From NCBI GenBank assembly GCA_963724765.1, contig CAVRVY010000004.1, positions 576,001-640,000 of the forward strand: 64,000 bases of DNA, written 5' to 3'. Both the position numbers and the translations under genes were made by a program. This DNA is from an uncultured delta proteobacterium. GTDB taxonomy: Bacteria; Desulfobacterota; Binatia; Binatales; Binataceae. Shown here piece by piece: positions 45,438 through 55,136 of this stretch. Positions within the stretch are counted from its first letter, which is position 1, and every line of letters begins with the position of its first letter. The notes under the pieces were generated by a model. It was not told the origin of the DNA. It searched no databases and saw only the letters and a list, made by a program, of their open reading frames with translations.

Positions 45438-46076
45438 ATGCAAAACGCGAACACATACCCGCATGGCGCCGACCTGAGTATCTATCCGACCGTTGACGTG
45501 ATGCGCGAGGCCTACCTGTTCGGCTTCTACCGCAGCTATCCGCATCAGGCGGGGATGCGGATCGGGCCATTGGCTCCTGAGGCTGCCGGCGGCGATGAAC
45601 GAACGCGCGCGACCCTGGCGGAGATGCGGCCGACCTGCCACGCGGTCATTGTGCTCCCGCGAAAGGTGCTCATACTGCGTTTCGCGCGGCGCGCCACGCG
45701 GCGAGACATTGAGCGGCTCGAGTACGAACAGGCGCTGCTCGCACAAACATCGGAGCTGGCAACCGTGCGCCACTGGCGCATCGAGGCCCGTCTTGTTCAC
45801 TGCGATATCGCCGATGGCGTCGCAGAGCTAGCGCGCGAACGCGGCATCAGGCTGGCGCTCTACCGGCCGCGCTGGCTCGCCACACATCGGCCGCGCAACA
45901 TGCCGGCGCCGCAACACAGCTTCGTGGCGCGGCGTTTCGACGCGGCGCGGCTCGCGGAGTTCGCAGCCGCGCATAGCGGCTCGCTCGAACGGATCGCCCA
46001 CCGTGCCCAACGCGCGCGCGCCAAGACGAGGCAGAGCGCCCGGCTCACGCCTGAGCAACCTCGTGAGCATCTCTAG
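45438..46076 (+). CDS. Hypothetical protein, possibly degenerate PD-(D/E)XK fold
   Basis: 212-aa ORF; TCHAVIVLPRKVLILRFAR has restriction-fold beta-hairpin spacing without the catalytic residues. Confidence 0.55.
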   Translation: MQNANTYPHGADLSIYPTVDVMREAYLFGFYRSYPHQAGMRIGPLAPEAAGGDERTRATLAEMRPTCHAVIVLPRKVLILRFARRATRRDIERLEYEQALLAQTSELATVRHWRIEARLVHCDIADGVAELARERGIRLALYRPRWLATHRPRNMPAPQHSFVARRFDAARLAEFAAAHSGSLERIAHRAQRARAKTRQSARLTPEQPREHL

Positions 46077-47333
46077 AAAGCCAACCGAACACGCTGGGCG
46101 TGCATGGGGGCCGAAGCCCGGAGCACCGTCAATCGTGAGCGCGGCGCCGGGCTGTGCGGCGGCATGACCGCGAAGAAGAGAAGCGAGCTTGCAGGCTTTC
46201 CAAATGCTGCGCGCCGGTCGAAATGCGGCACCGCACAACCGGACACGCCGCGAACTCAACCGTCCCATCGACCATAATCAGCACCTGCATCGAGCACGCA
46301 CAGATAGAGAATAGTTAGCGAGCGCGGGAAGTTTCCAGCGCTGTGCGAGCGCACATCGAGAATCTTCCGACTTCGCTTCCAAACTCGCTTCCACTCGCGT
46401 ACCGCGTCGAAGTGCCATCGAATTTTTTGCCGTCTGAGGATACTCCCCCCGCCGACCAGCCCGGCTCGGGCAAAGGCCGTGTGACTGCTGAAAAAAGTAA
46501 TAGACGGGCCGAACGCACCCTTTCTTGGCTCATGGTTCTCGCTAGGGAAACTAAGGATAACCATGAGGGAATCATACTTCTGCGCCACGACTAGCTAATG
46601 CAAGACGGTGAGCGTGGCGGCTGGCAAGCGCGGATTCGTAGCCGGCCGCGGCGTGCAGCCTGGTCGATACTCAGTCCATAGTCGAGTCGGCGTTGACGGC
46701 ATTGACGTGGCGACCGCGGCGGCCATGGCCGGAGCCGAGAGAGTCGAGAACTGCGGGTCTCTAGGTGCGGGAGGCGGCGCGCGCGGGTTCCGCCGGTCTT
46801 GTGCTACCTGGCTGGTGACGCCGCGGGCGCGCCGGGCGACGCGAACCAACCGAACTTGGCAGGGGATGATTTAGCCGGCACGGCTTGAGCGATGGTCAGC
46901 GAGGCAAAATCGCCGCCGCACGCCCACGGAACCCGGCCTAGGAGCGGTTCGTCGCGCCGGGCTCGACTCACGGAACGGCCGGAAGCGCTGAGCGGCTCAT
47001 AAACGTTGCCCTGGTGATGTTGATAACTCCGTGCCCGCCGTGATGCTCTGTCGGCGATGAGTGGATAGCCTGAAAAGCGTGGAAGCTCGCGGCCCTAACC
47101 GCGAGTTTCGCTTCGAGACCGGAACTGTGAAGAGAGCACAGCACCGACCTCAACCACAGAGTACTGCGCCACACCCTCGTGGGTAACCTGGGCTGGAGCC
47201 GTTTCCCTGCTTTGAGGCTGACGCTGAATTTGTTTGGTCACCGCCGACTGCCCCATCGACGGACCGGCTCAAGGCCGTAACAGCCGCGCCGCGCGAGCAC
47301 CTGGATTCGCGCGTTGAAAGCGCGGGGCGCCGG

Positions 47334-47804
47334 ATGCGGGAATGGATCGACAACGCGCATTTCGCTCGCTGGCTCGCCGACGCAGTTGCTGAATATATAG
47401 GCCAGAGCGCCGCCTGGTGGTTTCCGCAAACACTCGACAGCTACGACCAGCATTCCATACTCACACCGGGCACGGACAAGTTTGAGAGGGTGAAGGCGCT
47501 CAACGTATGGATAACGGTGGGCAGCTGGTGGCTCGTCGCCGGAGGTCGCTGGACCGCTCCGGTATTCTATCTCCTGTACGAGTACATGCGTGCTTGTGGT
47601 GCGCCGCTTCCCCCGACTTGGAGCGCAGCGGAGCGGGCGCGAAAGCGAATCACGGCAGCCGTCCGAGACGCGCTGGAGCAGGACGTCGAGATGAGCTATA
47701 GGCGACGGCGCAGACTGCTCGGAGAGAATCCGCTTATCGCCATGACGTTGCGCGAACTAGGGCCGCTCGCGGTCCGCCGGGACCCACGGAACTGCCGAAG
47801 CTGA
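47334..47804 (+). CDS. Hypothetical protein
   Basis: 156-aa ORF co-oriented with the element core; frame is open further upstream to a TAA, so it may be a truncated gene. Confidence 0.45.
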   Translation: MREWIDNAHFARWLADAVAEYIGQSAAWWFPQTLDSYDQHSILTPGTDKFERVKALNVWITVGSWWLVAGGRWTAPVFYLLYEYMRACGAPLPPTWSAAERARKRITAAVRDALEQDVEMSYRRRRRLLGENPLIAMTLRELGPLAVRRDPRNCRS

Positions 47805-47906
47805 CGCCCGCAAATCCCAATTTAAAAACCTGTCACCCTACGCACTTTATTCACTGACCGCGTAACTTCCGTTGCAGCATGAAGCTGCACCAAAGGAGCG
47901 CGGCAA

Positions 47907-48188
47907 ATGGACGAGTTGCACAAGCTTTTCGACGTTGACCTGGACACGCCTGCGTTTCGGGGCCGCCCGGTCACGGAACAGCGCGAGCGACTGCTAGGGC
48001 TGAGAGAGATCGCTGCCTACCTGAATGTGGGCCGTTCCTTCCTCATCGAACACATCAAGAGCGGTGACCTAATCGCCTACCGTATCGGCGGAGTGTGGAA
48101 GGTCTCACGCCTGGAGATGCATCGCTTCCTGATGCGTAACCGCAGCGACCGGATCGCCCGAGGTCCGCAAGGCGCGGTGATGAAGTAA
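47907..48188 (+). CDS. Excisionase-type HTH (HTH_17) protein
   Basis: LLGLREIAAYLNVGRSFL...IKSGDLIAYRIGGVWKV; AAGGAG RBS. Confidence 0.85.
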   Translation: MDELHKLFDVDLDTPAFRGRPVTEQRERLLGLREIAAYLNVGRSFLIEHIKSGDLIAYRIGGVWKVSRLEMHRFLMRNRSDRIARGPQGAVMK

Positions 48189-48253
48189 CGCGGCAAGTAA
48201 AAACAGGAACGCCATGAAGAGGAGACACCCGACACAGCGTTGAGGGAAAAGAA

Positions 48254-48586
48254 ATGCCTACTCAAGATGCCTCATCACAGCACGGCACAGAAGTCGCCCG
48301 CGTGCACATCTCGAAGGCTTCGCCGCGGCGCCTTCAAGCCGAGGTCATCGGCTGCCCGGCGGCGTTACGCGTGGAAGCAGAACGGATCGCCAACCTAATC
48401 GGCACGCTGGCGCCCTGGCCGGGCAACGGAACCGTAAGCTTGTTTCTTGTGCGCGGTGGTGGACTGCGGTGGCTGCCGGAGCCCGGCCGACAGGGCTCGA
48501 AGACGTACATGACGGCTTGGCAAGCCGGTGCCGAGCGGGCCATCCGGGAAGACACGCGCGTTGGCTTCAATAAACGTCGCGACTAG
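48254..48586 (+). CDS. Hypothetical protein
   Basis: 110-aa ORF, GAGG upstream, between the HTH and DUF3987 genes. Confidence 0.5.
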   Translation: MPTQDASSQHGTEVARVHISKASPRRLQAEVIGCPAALRVEAERIANLIGTLAPWPGNGTVSLFLVRGGGLRWLPEPGRQGSKTYMTAWQAGAERAIREDTRVGFNKRRD

Positions 48587-48717
48587 GGCTGATATGAGCC
48601 ACGTTCTACACCGAGTTGGTACCACGACCTATGCCGATTCGACTGCTCAGTCGCACGGAGATGAATAATCAATGAGTAATTGGCGGAGGAGCTGGACGCG
48701 GTTGGATTCGAACCAAG

Positions 48718-50571
48718 ATGCGTGAAGAGAACAAGGGCTTCAAGCCGAGAGCGATCGTCTCATCCCCAGCAGAACAAGGAGCGGCGGGCGCAAGCAGCGA
48801 CGCCAAAGGCAACGGCCGCGACTTCGAGATGGCGCACTTCCAAAGCCGGCTGTACGACTTTGCGCGGAAGCTGCTGGCACAAGATTTCGGGTTCTACCTG
48901 TGCGGTGAGAACCTTGACCTATCGCTTGCGAAGAACTGTCGCGCTCGCGATTACGACAAGCACGTGTGGCTGGAGGGCGCGCCGCTCGATAATGCGATCC
49001 GCGAGGCGGCGAAGCGTGCTCGCGCGGACTTCAGCGGTGAATCGAGTACGCCGGCGAACGGCACGGGTCGCGCTGCGCACGTTGAAGATTGGCCTGAGCC
49101 TGAAGAGATCGGCGGCGAGCTTCTGCCCGTCAAGAGCCTCAAAGAGGCGCTGATACCCGACACCTTTCGGCCGTGGGTGCTTGACACAGCCGAACGCTTT
49201 CAGTGTCCGGCCGACTACTTCGCGGTGGCCGCCCTGGTGGAGACGGGGCAGCTTCTCGGGCGCCGCATAGCGATCCGGCCAAAGCAGTACGACCCCTGGT
49301 ACGAGCACGCCAACCTGTGGGGCGGCATCGTGGCGCCGCCCGGCTTCATGAAGTCGCCGGCAATAAAGGAAGGCTTTCATCCGCTCTTCCGGCTGGAACG
49401 CCAGGCACGCACAGACTTCGAGGACACTAAGCGAAGGGCTGAGGTCGATCGGGAGATCGCGGAGTCGAATCGCACTATCATCCGCAATCGAATGAGGGCG
49501 AAAGGCCTTAGTGAGAGCGAACAGGAGCGCCTGGCCCGCCAGTTTAGCGAGGTTACTTTCGACGAACCAATCTGCCGGCGCTACATCGTCAACGATGTCA
49601 CGGTAGAGAAGGTCGGCGAGCTGCTCAACCAGAACCCCGACGGGCTCTGTCTCCTATGCGATGAGCTTTCGGGTTGGATGGGACTCATGGAACAACCCGA
49701 GCATAAGAACGCGCGCGCATTCTATCTTTCCGCGTGGAGCGGCAAGCAGCCCTACACCTACGATCGCATCGGCCGCGGCTCGCTCTTCATCGAGGCGGCG
49801 TGCCTCTCAGTGTTCGGCGCCTTGGTGCCTGGAACGCTGGAGCGCTACCTACGCGCGACCTTCAGCGGCGAGCAAGCCGACGGCTTCATCCAACGCTTTC
49901 AGCTTCTCGTGTACCCGGACCTGCCTGGGAAGTGGAACTACGTGGATCGCCCGATTGACGAGGCCGCGCGCGCGCGCGCGTTTCACGCGCTGGAGCGGGT
50001 GGGCTCGCTAACGGTCGATGACTTCCACGCGATGAAGGTCGAAGACGAGGCGCCGTTCGTGCGCTTCACGCCGGCGGCTCAAAGCGTATGGATCGGGGCG
50101 CACGAATGGTGCATGGGGCTGGCGCGGTCGAACGATGAGCATCCGGTGCTGCGCTCGCACTTCTCGAAATATCCCAAGCTGCTCGCGGCGCTGGCGTTGA
50201 CTTTCCACGCGCTCCGCGTGGCTGAGGGAGCCGCCGGCGCCGCCGTGGAATTCGAATCGGTCAATCTCGCATGGGCGTGGGCTCAATACCTCGAAGAGCA
50301 CGCGCGGCGGATCTATCAGCTTGCGCTTAGTCCCGGCGAGACGGCGGCGCGGATGCTCGTGGCGAAGCTTCGCGAACAGCGGCTGCCGAATCCGTTCAGC
50401 GTGCGCGAGGTTCAACGCAAGGAATGGACGGGGCTTCGGGCAAGGGGCGACGTGCTGGCCGGTCTTGAAGTGCTCGAAGAGTGCAACTGGGTGCGGTCGG
50501 AACCGCCCGCATCTGGCAAGCCGGGACGCCCGAGTTCGCGCTTTTGGATCAATCCAAGGGTGTGGAAATGA
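48718..50571 (+). CDS. DUF3987 (YfjI-like) replication protein / P-loop ATPase
   Basis: DWPEPE, ANLWGGIVAPPGFMKSP (Walker A variant), NDVTVEK, DELSGW, YDRIGRG, DGFIQRFQL, FWINP. Confidence 0.88.
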   Translation: MREENKGFKPRAIVSSPAEQGAAGASSDAKGNGRDFEMAHFQSRLYDFARKLLAQDFGFYLCGENLDLSLAKNCRARDYDKHVWLEGAPLDNAIREAAKRARADFSGESSTPANGTGRAAHVEDWPEPEEIGGELLPVKSLKEALIPDTFRPWVLDTAERFQCPADYFAVAALVETGQLLGRRIAIRPKQYDPWYEHANLWGGIVAPPGFMKSPAIKEGFHPLFRLERQARTDFEDTKRRAEVDREIAESNRTIIRNRMRAKGLSESEQERLARQFSEVTFDEPICRRYIVNDVTVEKVGELLNQNPDGLCLLCDELSGWMGLMEQPEHKNARAFYLSAWSGKQPYTYDRIGRGSLFIEAACLSVFGALVPGTLERYLRATFSGEQADGFIQRFQLLVYPDLPGKWNYVDRPIDEAARARAFHALERVGSLTVDDFHAMKVEDEAPFVRFTPAAQSVWIGAHEWCMGLARSNDEHPVLRSHFSKYPKLLAALALTFHALRVAEGAAGAAVEFESVNLAWAWAQYLEEHARRIYQLALSPGETAARMLVAKLREQRLPNPFSVREVQRKEWTGLRARGDVLAGLEVLEECNWVRSEPPASGKPGRPSSRFWINPRVWK

Positions 50572-50587
50572 GGATCACACCCGGAAA

Positions 50588-50671
50588 GTTTTGTCAGTTT
50601 TGTCAGTGCCCACCCATACTCTTTTCCCATGGACAAGTGCCTTGGGTGGGTACTGACAAAACCGACGAAAC
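50588..50671. repeat. 29-bp imperfect inverted repeat with internal GTTTTGTCA units; origin candidate
   Basis: Arms 50588-50616 and 50643-50671 pair at 26/29 positions; 26-bp spacer; 16 bp after the DUF3987 stop. Confidence 0.7.
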
Positions 50672-50726
50672 CCTAGCCGCCGGAGTGACATGGGTTGGCG
50701 CTTAGAGACGCTCAGGCAAGTAGGCG

Positions 50727-50993
50727 ATGGGTGCTCAGTCAGAGCTATTTTGGCGCGGCGATCCGGCGGCGGACGGTTTCCGCTTCACCTGGTGGAACAC
50801 GCGCGAAGGCACGGCGGTGTTCGTCCAGCGTCGCGGTTCGTGGCGACCGGGCCTGGTGGTCAGGTGCTATCGCAAGTCGGTGAGCGTGATGCTCACCGAC
50901 CGCGACGGCAAACCCGTGTACATCCGGCACGAGTACGGCGACTTACGCCGGCGGGTCATCAAGCCGCGGCTGACCGTTGTCGCGAAGGCATAG
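50727..50993 (+). CDS. Small beta-rich hypothetical protein (SH3-like)
   Basis: 88-aa ORF: GTAVFVQRRGSWRPGLVVRCYRKSVSVMLTD. Confidence 0.55.
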   Translation: MGAQSELFWRGDPAADGFRFTWWNTREGTAVFVQRRGSWRPGLVVRCYRKSVSVMLTDRDGKPVYIRHEYGDLRRRVIKPRLTVVAKA

Positions 50994-51012
50994 GGCGGAG
51001 AGGCGAGGCGCG

Positions 51013-51297
51013 GTGAATCGGCGGCAACAGGCGGAGCGAGATGGCACAGTGGCACGACTCCGCGCGCTCGAAGCTGCCTTTCGATCTGCCGGCGGCGTGG
51101 CGGCGATCGATTACCTGCATCAGCAGCTCACCGTGGAAGAGGCGGCCGTATTCCTGGGCACGACCAAGGGCCAGCTTTATAACCTGCTCAACCGCCGCGA
51201 GATTCCGTATGTGCGCTGGGGCAAGCGCGGCAAGCGCTTCCGCCGCATCGACCTCATCGCGTGGCAGGAAGATCGGAAACGGCCGGCGCTCCTATGA
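51013..51297 (+). CDS. Excisionase-type HTH protein
   Basis: LTVEEAAVFLGTTKGQLYNLLNRREIPYVRWGKRGKRFRRIDL. Confidence 0.88.
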   Translation: MNRRQQAERDGTVARLRALEAAFRSAGGVAAIDYLHQQLTVEEAAVFLGTTKGQLYNLLNRREIPYVRWGKRGKRFRRIDLIAWQEDRKRPALL

Positions 51298-51478
51298 GAC
51301 GGATGAAAATAACTGACGCGAGCGCGGCGCGCTCCAAAACCGCGCAATCGAAAGTGAACGCGCTGTGCGGCCTTAAAAGCACAAGTTGCAACTTTGCGCC
51401 GTGACGTGCGGAAGCGCGCCGCCTGTGGTGCAGGCTAAGCTTCGCCGTTCGGAGCAATTGTCAACCAGCGACCGTTTC

Positions 51479-51835
51479 TCAGGGAAGCGAAGCGCGCAGT
51501 GTCATCAAGAGACCTATCTGCAACATGGGATTCGCGACTAAACGGCCATTTGCCTGCATGATGGTTCCGACCGTGGTAGCAGCGGGCACCGGCGCCTCGA
51601 TCTGGAGCGTGAATTGGTTTAACGGTCCGAATATCGAGCTACGATTCCCCGAGTGGTTGGAGACCTTTACATCCGCGGTGAGTTGCCTTCCATCAGGCGT
51701 CACATTGTATTTACCCAAATATATGTAGTCTTGATCGCCTCCGAAGATCCGTCCTGTTTCAAAGACTACGATGCCAGCGCCGCCGCTACCCAGATTGGAA
51801 ACAAACCGCACGGTCCACAGTGCTTCTAGGCTCAT
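51479..51835 (-). CDS. GrlR-like beta-barrel protein
   Basis: LEALWTVRF...GAGIVVFETGRIFGGDQDYIYLGKY; GAGGAG RBS. Confidence 0.75.
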   Translation of the reverse strand: MSLEALWTVRFVSNLGSGGAGIVVFETGRIFGGDQDYIYLGKYNVTPDGRQLTADVKVSNHSGNRSSIFGPLNQFTLQIEAPVPAATTVGTIMQANGRLVANPMLQIGLLMTLRASLP

Positions 51836-51870
51836 CCGCATCTCTCCTCTAGATAACTTCTACCGCCCAC

Positions 51871-52029
51871 CTAGGGCTTTTGTACGTTGCTTGTGTTGCG
51901 GGGCCGGTTCTTTCGTGGTTTCTTCCAGCGCGCGCGTGCAGCTTTCCGACCCTGCTTGGAACGTTCTTCGGCGGTCATGTTCGCCCATCTCGCGCGGGCA
52001 CCGCGTCTAGAGAATTCGCTGAGGTCCAT
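51871..52029 (-). CDS. Small basic protein with repeated ARARW motif
   Basis: MDLSEFSRRGARARWANMTAEERSKQGRKAARARWKK. Confidence 0.6.
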   Translation of the reverse strand: MDLSEFSRRGARARWANMTAEERSKQGRKAARARWKKPRKNRPRNTSNVQKP

Positions 52030-52156
52030 CGTTCGATATTGCCATATGCCCACCGGTAGGTATAGCCTTTGATGATGCCTACCGGCTGGCATGTCGCCGG
52101 AATGATGCGCGGTATCGTCAGGACCTGGGCTCTGTAACACAGGAGAGGCTTTCCAC

Positions 52157-52816
52157 ATGAAATGCCCACATTGCTTGGACAGCTTTCATGACAGCTGGGT
52201 GTGGGTTTCAATCGGTGCTGACAAGGACGGTGGTCGGGCAGTCGGTCGCACGCTCTGCCCTAGCTGCAGTCAGCTCATAATCTACCTTGGACGCTCAAGG
52301 GGATCGTATGCGACTGGGCAACCACTCGGCGATCAGACGATTGTCTGGAAGCGGCCGGTACACCCATCTGGCACTGCACGGGCACCGCTACCCCAAGAAG
52401 TAACAGGCAACATCGCCGCAGACTATTTGGAATCGTGTAAAGTTCTACCCGAAAGTTCAAAGGCTAGTGCAGCCTTGAGTCGCCGGTGTTTACAGAACCT
52501 GCTTCGAGAGAAAGCGAACGTGAAGCCCTCAGACCTCTATGCGGAAATTGAAGAAGTAATAAAATCCGGGAAGCTGCCCTCCCATCTGTCCGAGATGCTT
52601 CACGCGGTCCGTGTGATTGGTAACTTTGCTGCGCATCCGTTGAAGAGCACAAATACTGGAGAAGTCATCGATGTAGAACCGAACGAAGCCGAATGGAACC
52701 TCGATACCTTGGAGGCGCTGTTCGACTTCTACTTCGTGCAGCCGGCTCGGGCCGCTGCCAAGAAGGCTGCGCTCAATCAAAAACTGGCGGACGCTGGCAA
52801 GCTACCTCTAAAGTAG
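52157..52816 (+). CDS. DUF4145 (HEPN-like) protein with N-terminal zinc ribbon
   Basis: MKCPHC...CPSC; SKASAALSRRCLQ, VRVIGNFAAHP (RxxxNxxxH); AGGAG RBS. Confidence 0.88.
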   Translation: MKCPHCLDSFHDSWVWVSIGADKDGGRAVGRTLCPSCSQLIIYLGRSRGSYATGQPLGDQTIVWKRPVHPSGTARAPLPQEVTGNIAADYLESCKVLPESSKASAALSRRCLQNLLREKANVKPSDLYAEIEEVIKSGKLPSHLSEMLHAVRVIGNFAAHPLKSTNTGEVIDVEPNEAEWNLDTLEALFDFYFVQPARAAAKKAALNQKLADAGKLPLK

Positions 52817-52848
52817 AAGACCCCACAGAGACTAGCTGGGGCACGGGG

Positions 52849-53478
52849 ATGAAGCGCATAGCAGACCTCGATAGCGGTACCGGCTATAGCTCGCCGACAC
52901 CCGTCGTCTCTTTCGATGCCGTCGTGAAACACATGGCTACATCGAAGGGCAAGAGGCAGAGAGAAAACTGGGCGCTCCGCAGGTTCTTCGACATCTACAA
53001 TAGCGAAAGCCCCGAGCCATTCGAATGGGTGGAATACAGCGAGTCGCCGGACTACCGGGTGTTCAGACAACCTAATTCTTCACCGCTTCCAGTTGAGGTA
53101 ACGGAGTTGCTGGAACCCGAGCGTCAGCGTGATAGGGAATACAAGGATGCATATGCGCGAATGAAGTCCCGAGGTGTTGACTATGATGCGCGCTTGGCTT
53201 TGCCAGTGCCGCCGAACTTCGAGAACGACCTAGTTACGCGCGCGCGCAGCCAGCTCGCAGATAAGTTCCTGAAAGCATACCCGAGTGGCACCTGGCTGAT
53301 TGTTTATTTCAATCTCACTCTCTAGCTACCCTTTTGGAACGACGAACTTGCTTTTGGCATGAGTATCCTCCAGAGAGCATTAGGTTCATTACCCCCGCCC
53401 GAGATGGTCGAGAAACTATGGTTGCTCACGAATGACGCACGGATCGCGAGCCTCGATTTCAGGCAGTTCTGTGGCTGA
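52849..53478 (+). pseudogene. PD-(D/E)XK-like nuclease with in-frame TAG at 53323
   Basis: ESPDY...VEVTEL...DKFLKAYPSGTWLIVY; frame continues 50 codons past the TAG (..VEKLWLL..) to TGA 53478. Confidence 0.6.
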
Positions 53479-53551
53479 CGGCCGGTTCTGTTACGCATTG
53501 ATACTCGTGACCTTGGTCTGACTTAAGACCGCTCTCACGTAGGAGGCGACA

Positions 53552-54759
53552 ATGGCGCGCAAGGACCGTAAGGATCGGGGTCTGTTCGAACGGCCAGCGG
53601 GTTCAGGCATTTACTGGATTCGCTACGCAGGACCGGATGGACGCGAACACATGGAGCGCGGCGGGACGAAGAGCGAAGCGCGCACTTCGTACATGCGGCG
53701 CCGAACTGAAATCCATGACGGCACCTGGAAATCGCCACGCGAGCGTCGCGCCGCGCGCCGCGAGGCTCTTGAGCCCACGACGAACGGATCATCTCTTTCG
53801 CTCGGCAACTTCGCACGCGCGTGGCTCGAAGAGCGCACGCCGCATCTCACTGAGCCCGTGCGGTACGACTACAAGCTGCTGCTCAACAGCTTCGTGTATG
53901 GACACGCGCTCGCAAGCAAGCCGCTAGCCGAAGTGAATGACGGCGATATCTCGCGGCTCATCAAGGACATCAGCGAGCGCAAGGGCCGCGGCAGCAAGCC
54001 GCTTTCGCCGCGCCGCATCAACATGGTGATTGGCCGGCTCCGTACCATCTTCGCGACCGCACACCGGCGCAAACTGATAGCGGATGACCCGATGCAATAC
54101 GTCGCGAACCTGCGCGAGCCAAAGTCTGACGTTGACCCGTTCGATCTTGGCGAGGCGCTTCGAATCATCGAGGCCGCGCACGGCTGGGAGCGTGCCTTCC
54201 TTACGGTGCTGATATTCACCGGCATGCGACCTAACGAGGCGCTGGCGCTCGCCTGGAATTCCATCGACTTCGAGCACGGCCTGATTCGCATAGGCGCACG
54301 GTGCATCGACGCTTCGGCTTCGGACTGCCCAAGACGCGCGGCTCCGAGCGCGACATCGAGATGAGCGGCGTTGTGCGGGCGGAGCTTCAGGAGCAACGGG
54401 CGCGCTCGCAGCTTCGCGGGGAACTGGTGTTCCCCTCAGAGGCCGGCACGACGATCGATCTCGCCAACTTCCGCGCGCGCAACTGGCCGCGGATCCTGCG
54501 CCAAGCCAAGGTGAGGTCGCGAGTCGTCTACCAGTGCCGGCACACGTTCGCACGTCTCGCGCTCGAACAGGGCGACACGCCGCAGCACGTCGCGGCGATG
54601 CTCGGACACACGACACTCGAAATGCTCTTCCGCGTTTACAGCCGCTGGATGAGCCGGCCCGAGTCGAGCGCCCTCGCCCGCCTCGACGCTGCGATCCGCG
54701 CGCATTCTAGTCACGGTTCCAGTCACGGTTCGGGGCTGAAATCGGGTGAAAACCAGTGA
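53552..54759 (+). pseudogene. Tyrosine integrase, one frameshift near 54293
   Basis: FTGMRPNEALAL, LPKT, YQCRHTFA (HxxR variant), MLGH, YSRW split between ORFs 53552..54364 and 54301..54759; AGGAGG RBS. Confidence 0.92.
54709..54730 (+). repeat. Arm-type repeat pair AGTCACGGTT x2 (right)
   Basis: 54709-54718 and 54721-54730, same 12-bp period as the left pair. Confidence 0.75.
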
Positions 54760-54846
54760 AATCCAGTTTACCGGCGAAGTGCGCCAAGTCCTTCTCTGCC
54801 AAAGAAAATCCGCACACGGCAAGGCTTTTGCGTAGCGGCGCGAACT

Positions 54847-54894
54847 AGCTTCCCAAGCTGGACGTCGCCGGTTCGACCCCGGTCGCCCGCTCCA
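54847..54894 (+). repeat. att repeat (duplicated 3' 48 bp of tRNA-Gly)
   Basis: AGCTTCCCAAGCTGGACGTCGCCGGTTCGACCCCGGTCGCCCGCTCCA identical to 45282-45329. Confidence 0.96.
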
Positions 54895-54905
54895 GTAATT
54901 CTCTC

Positions 54906-55136
54906 ATGCAGTGGACCAAGTGGTTTCCCAAGCGCCTCGCGCGTACAGAGCCTCAAGCACCCAGCCCGGAAGAGCGTCCAGCTGGGCATCCAGCGCCAGC
55001 GTTTGAGACGGCCCTATGCGCGAGATGCCGGCGCTCCTTGCGGCGTAACTCGCATCAAGTACGCGCGGGCCGCGCGCGCGAGCGTAACGCGCCTCGCGAT
55101 GAGTTAGGACGCTTTCTCGCCCGAGCTGCGAAATGA
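54906..55136 (+). CDS. Small basic hypothetical protein
   Basis: 76 aa, CARC and PRDELGRF motifs; ATGA overlap with the next gene. Confidence 0.45.
   Translation: MQWTKWFPKRLARTEPQAPSPEERPAGHPAPAFETALCARCRRSLRRNSHQVRAGRARERNAPRDELGRFLARAAK

Noticed and set aside
53323-53325. In-frame TAG as pyrrolysine or programmed readthrough
   Set aside because: Single case, no pyl genes seen, and TAG is a normal stop elsewhere in the window.
54285-54300. Programmed frameshift in the integrase
   Set aside because: No slippery run at the junction (CGCATAGGCGC); a 1-bp deletion or sequencing error fits better.
54847-54894. Second tRNA-Gly gene
   Set aside because: Lacks the 5' acceptor strand and D-arm; it is the att duplication.
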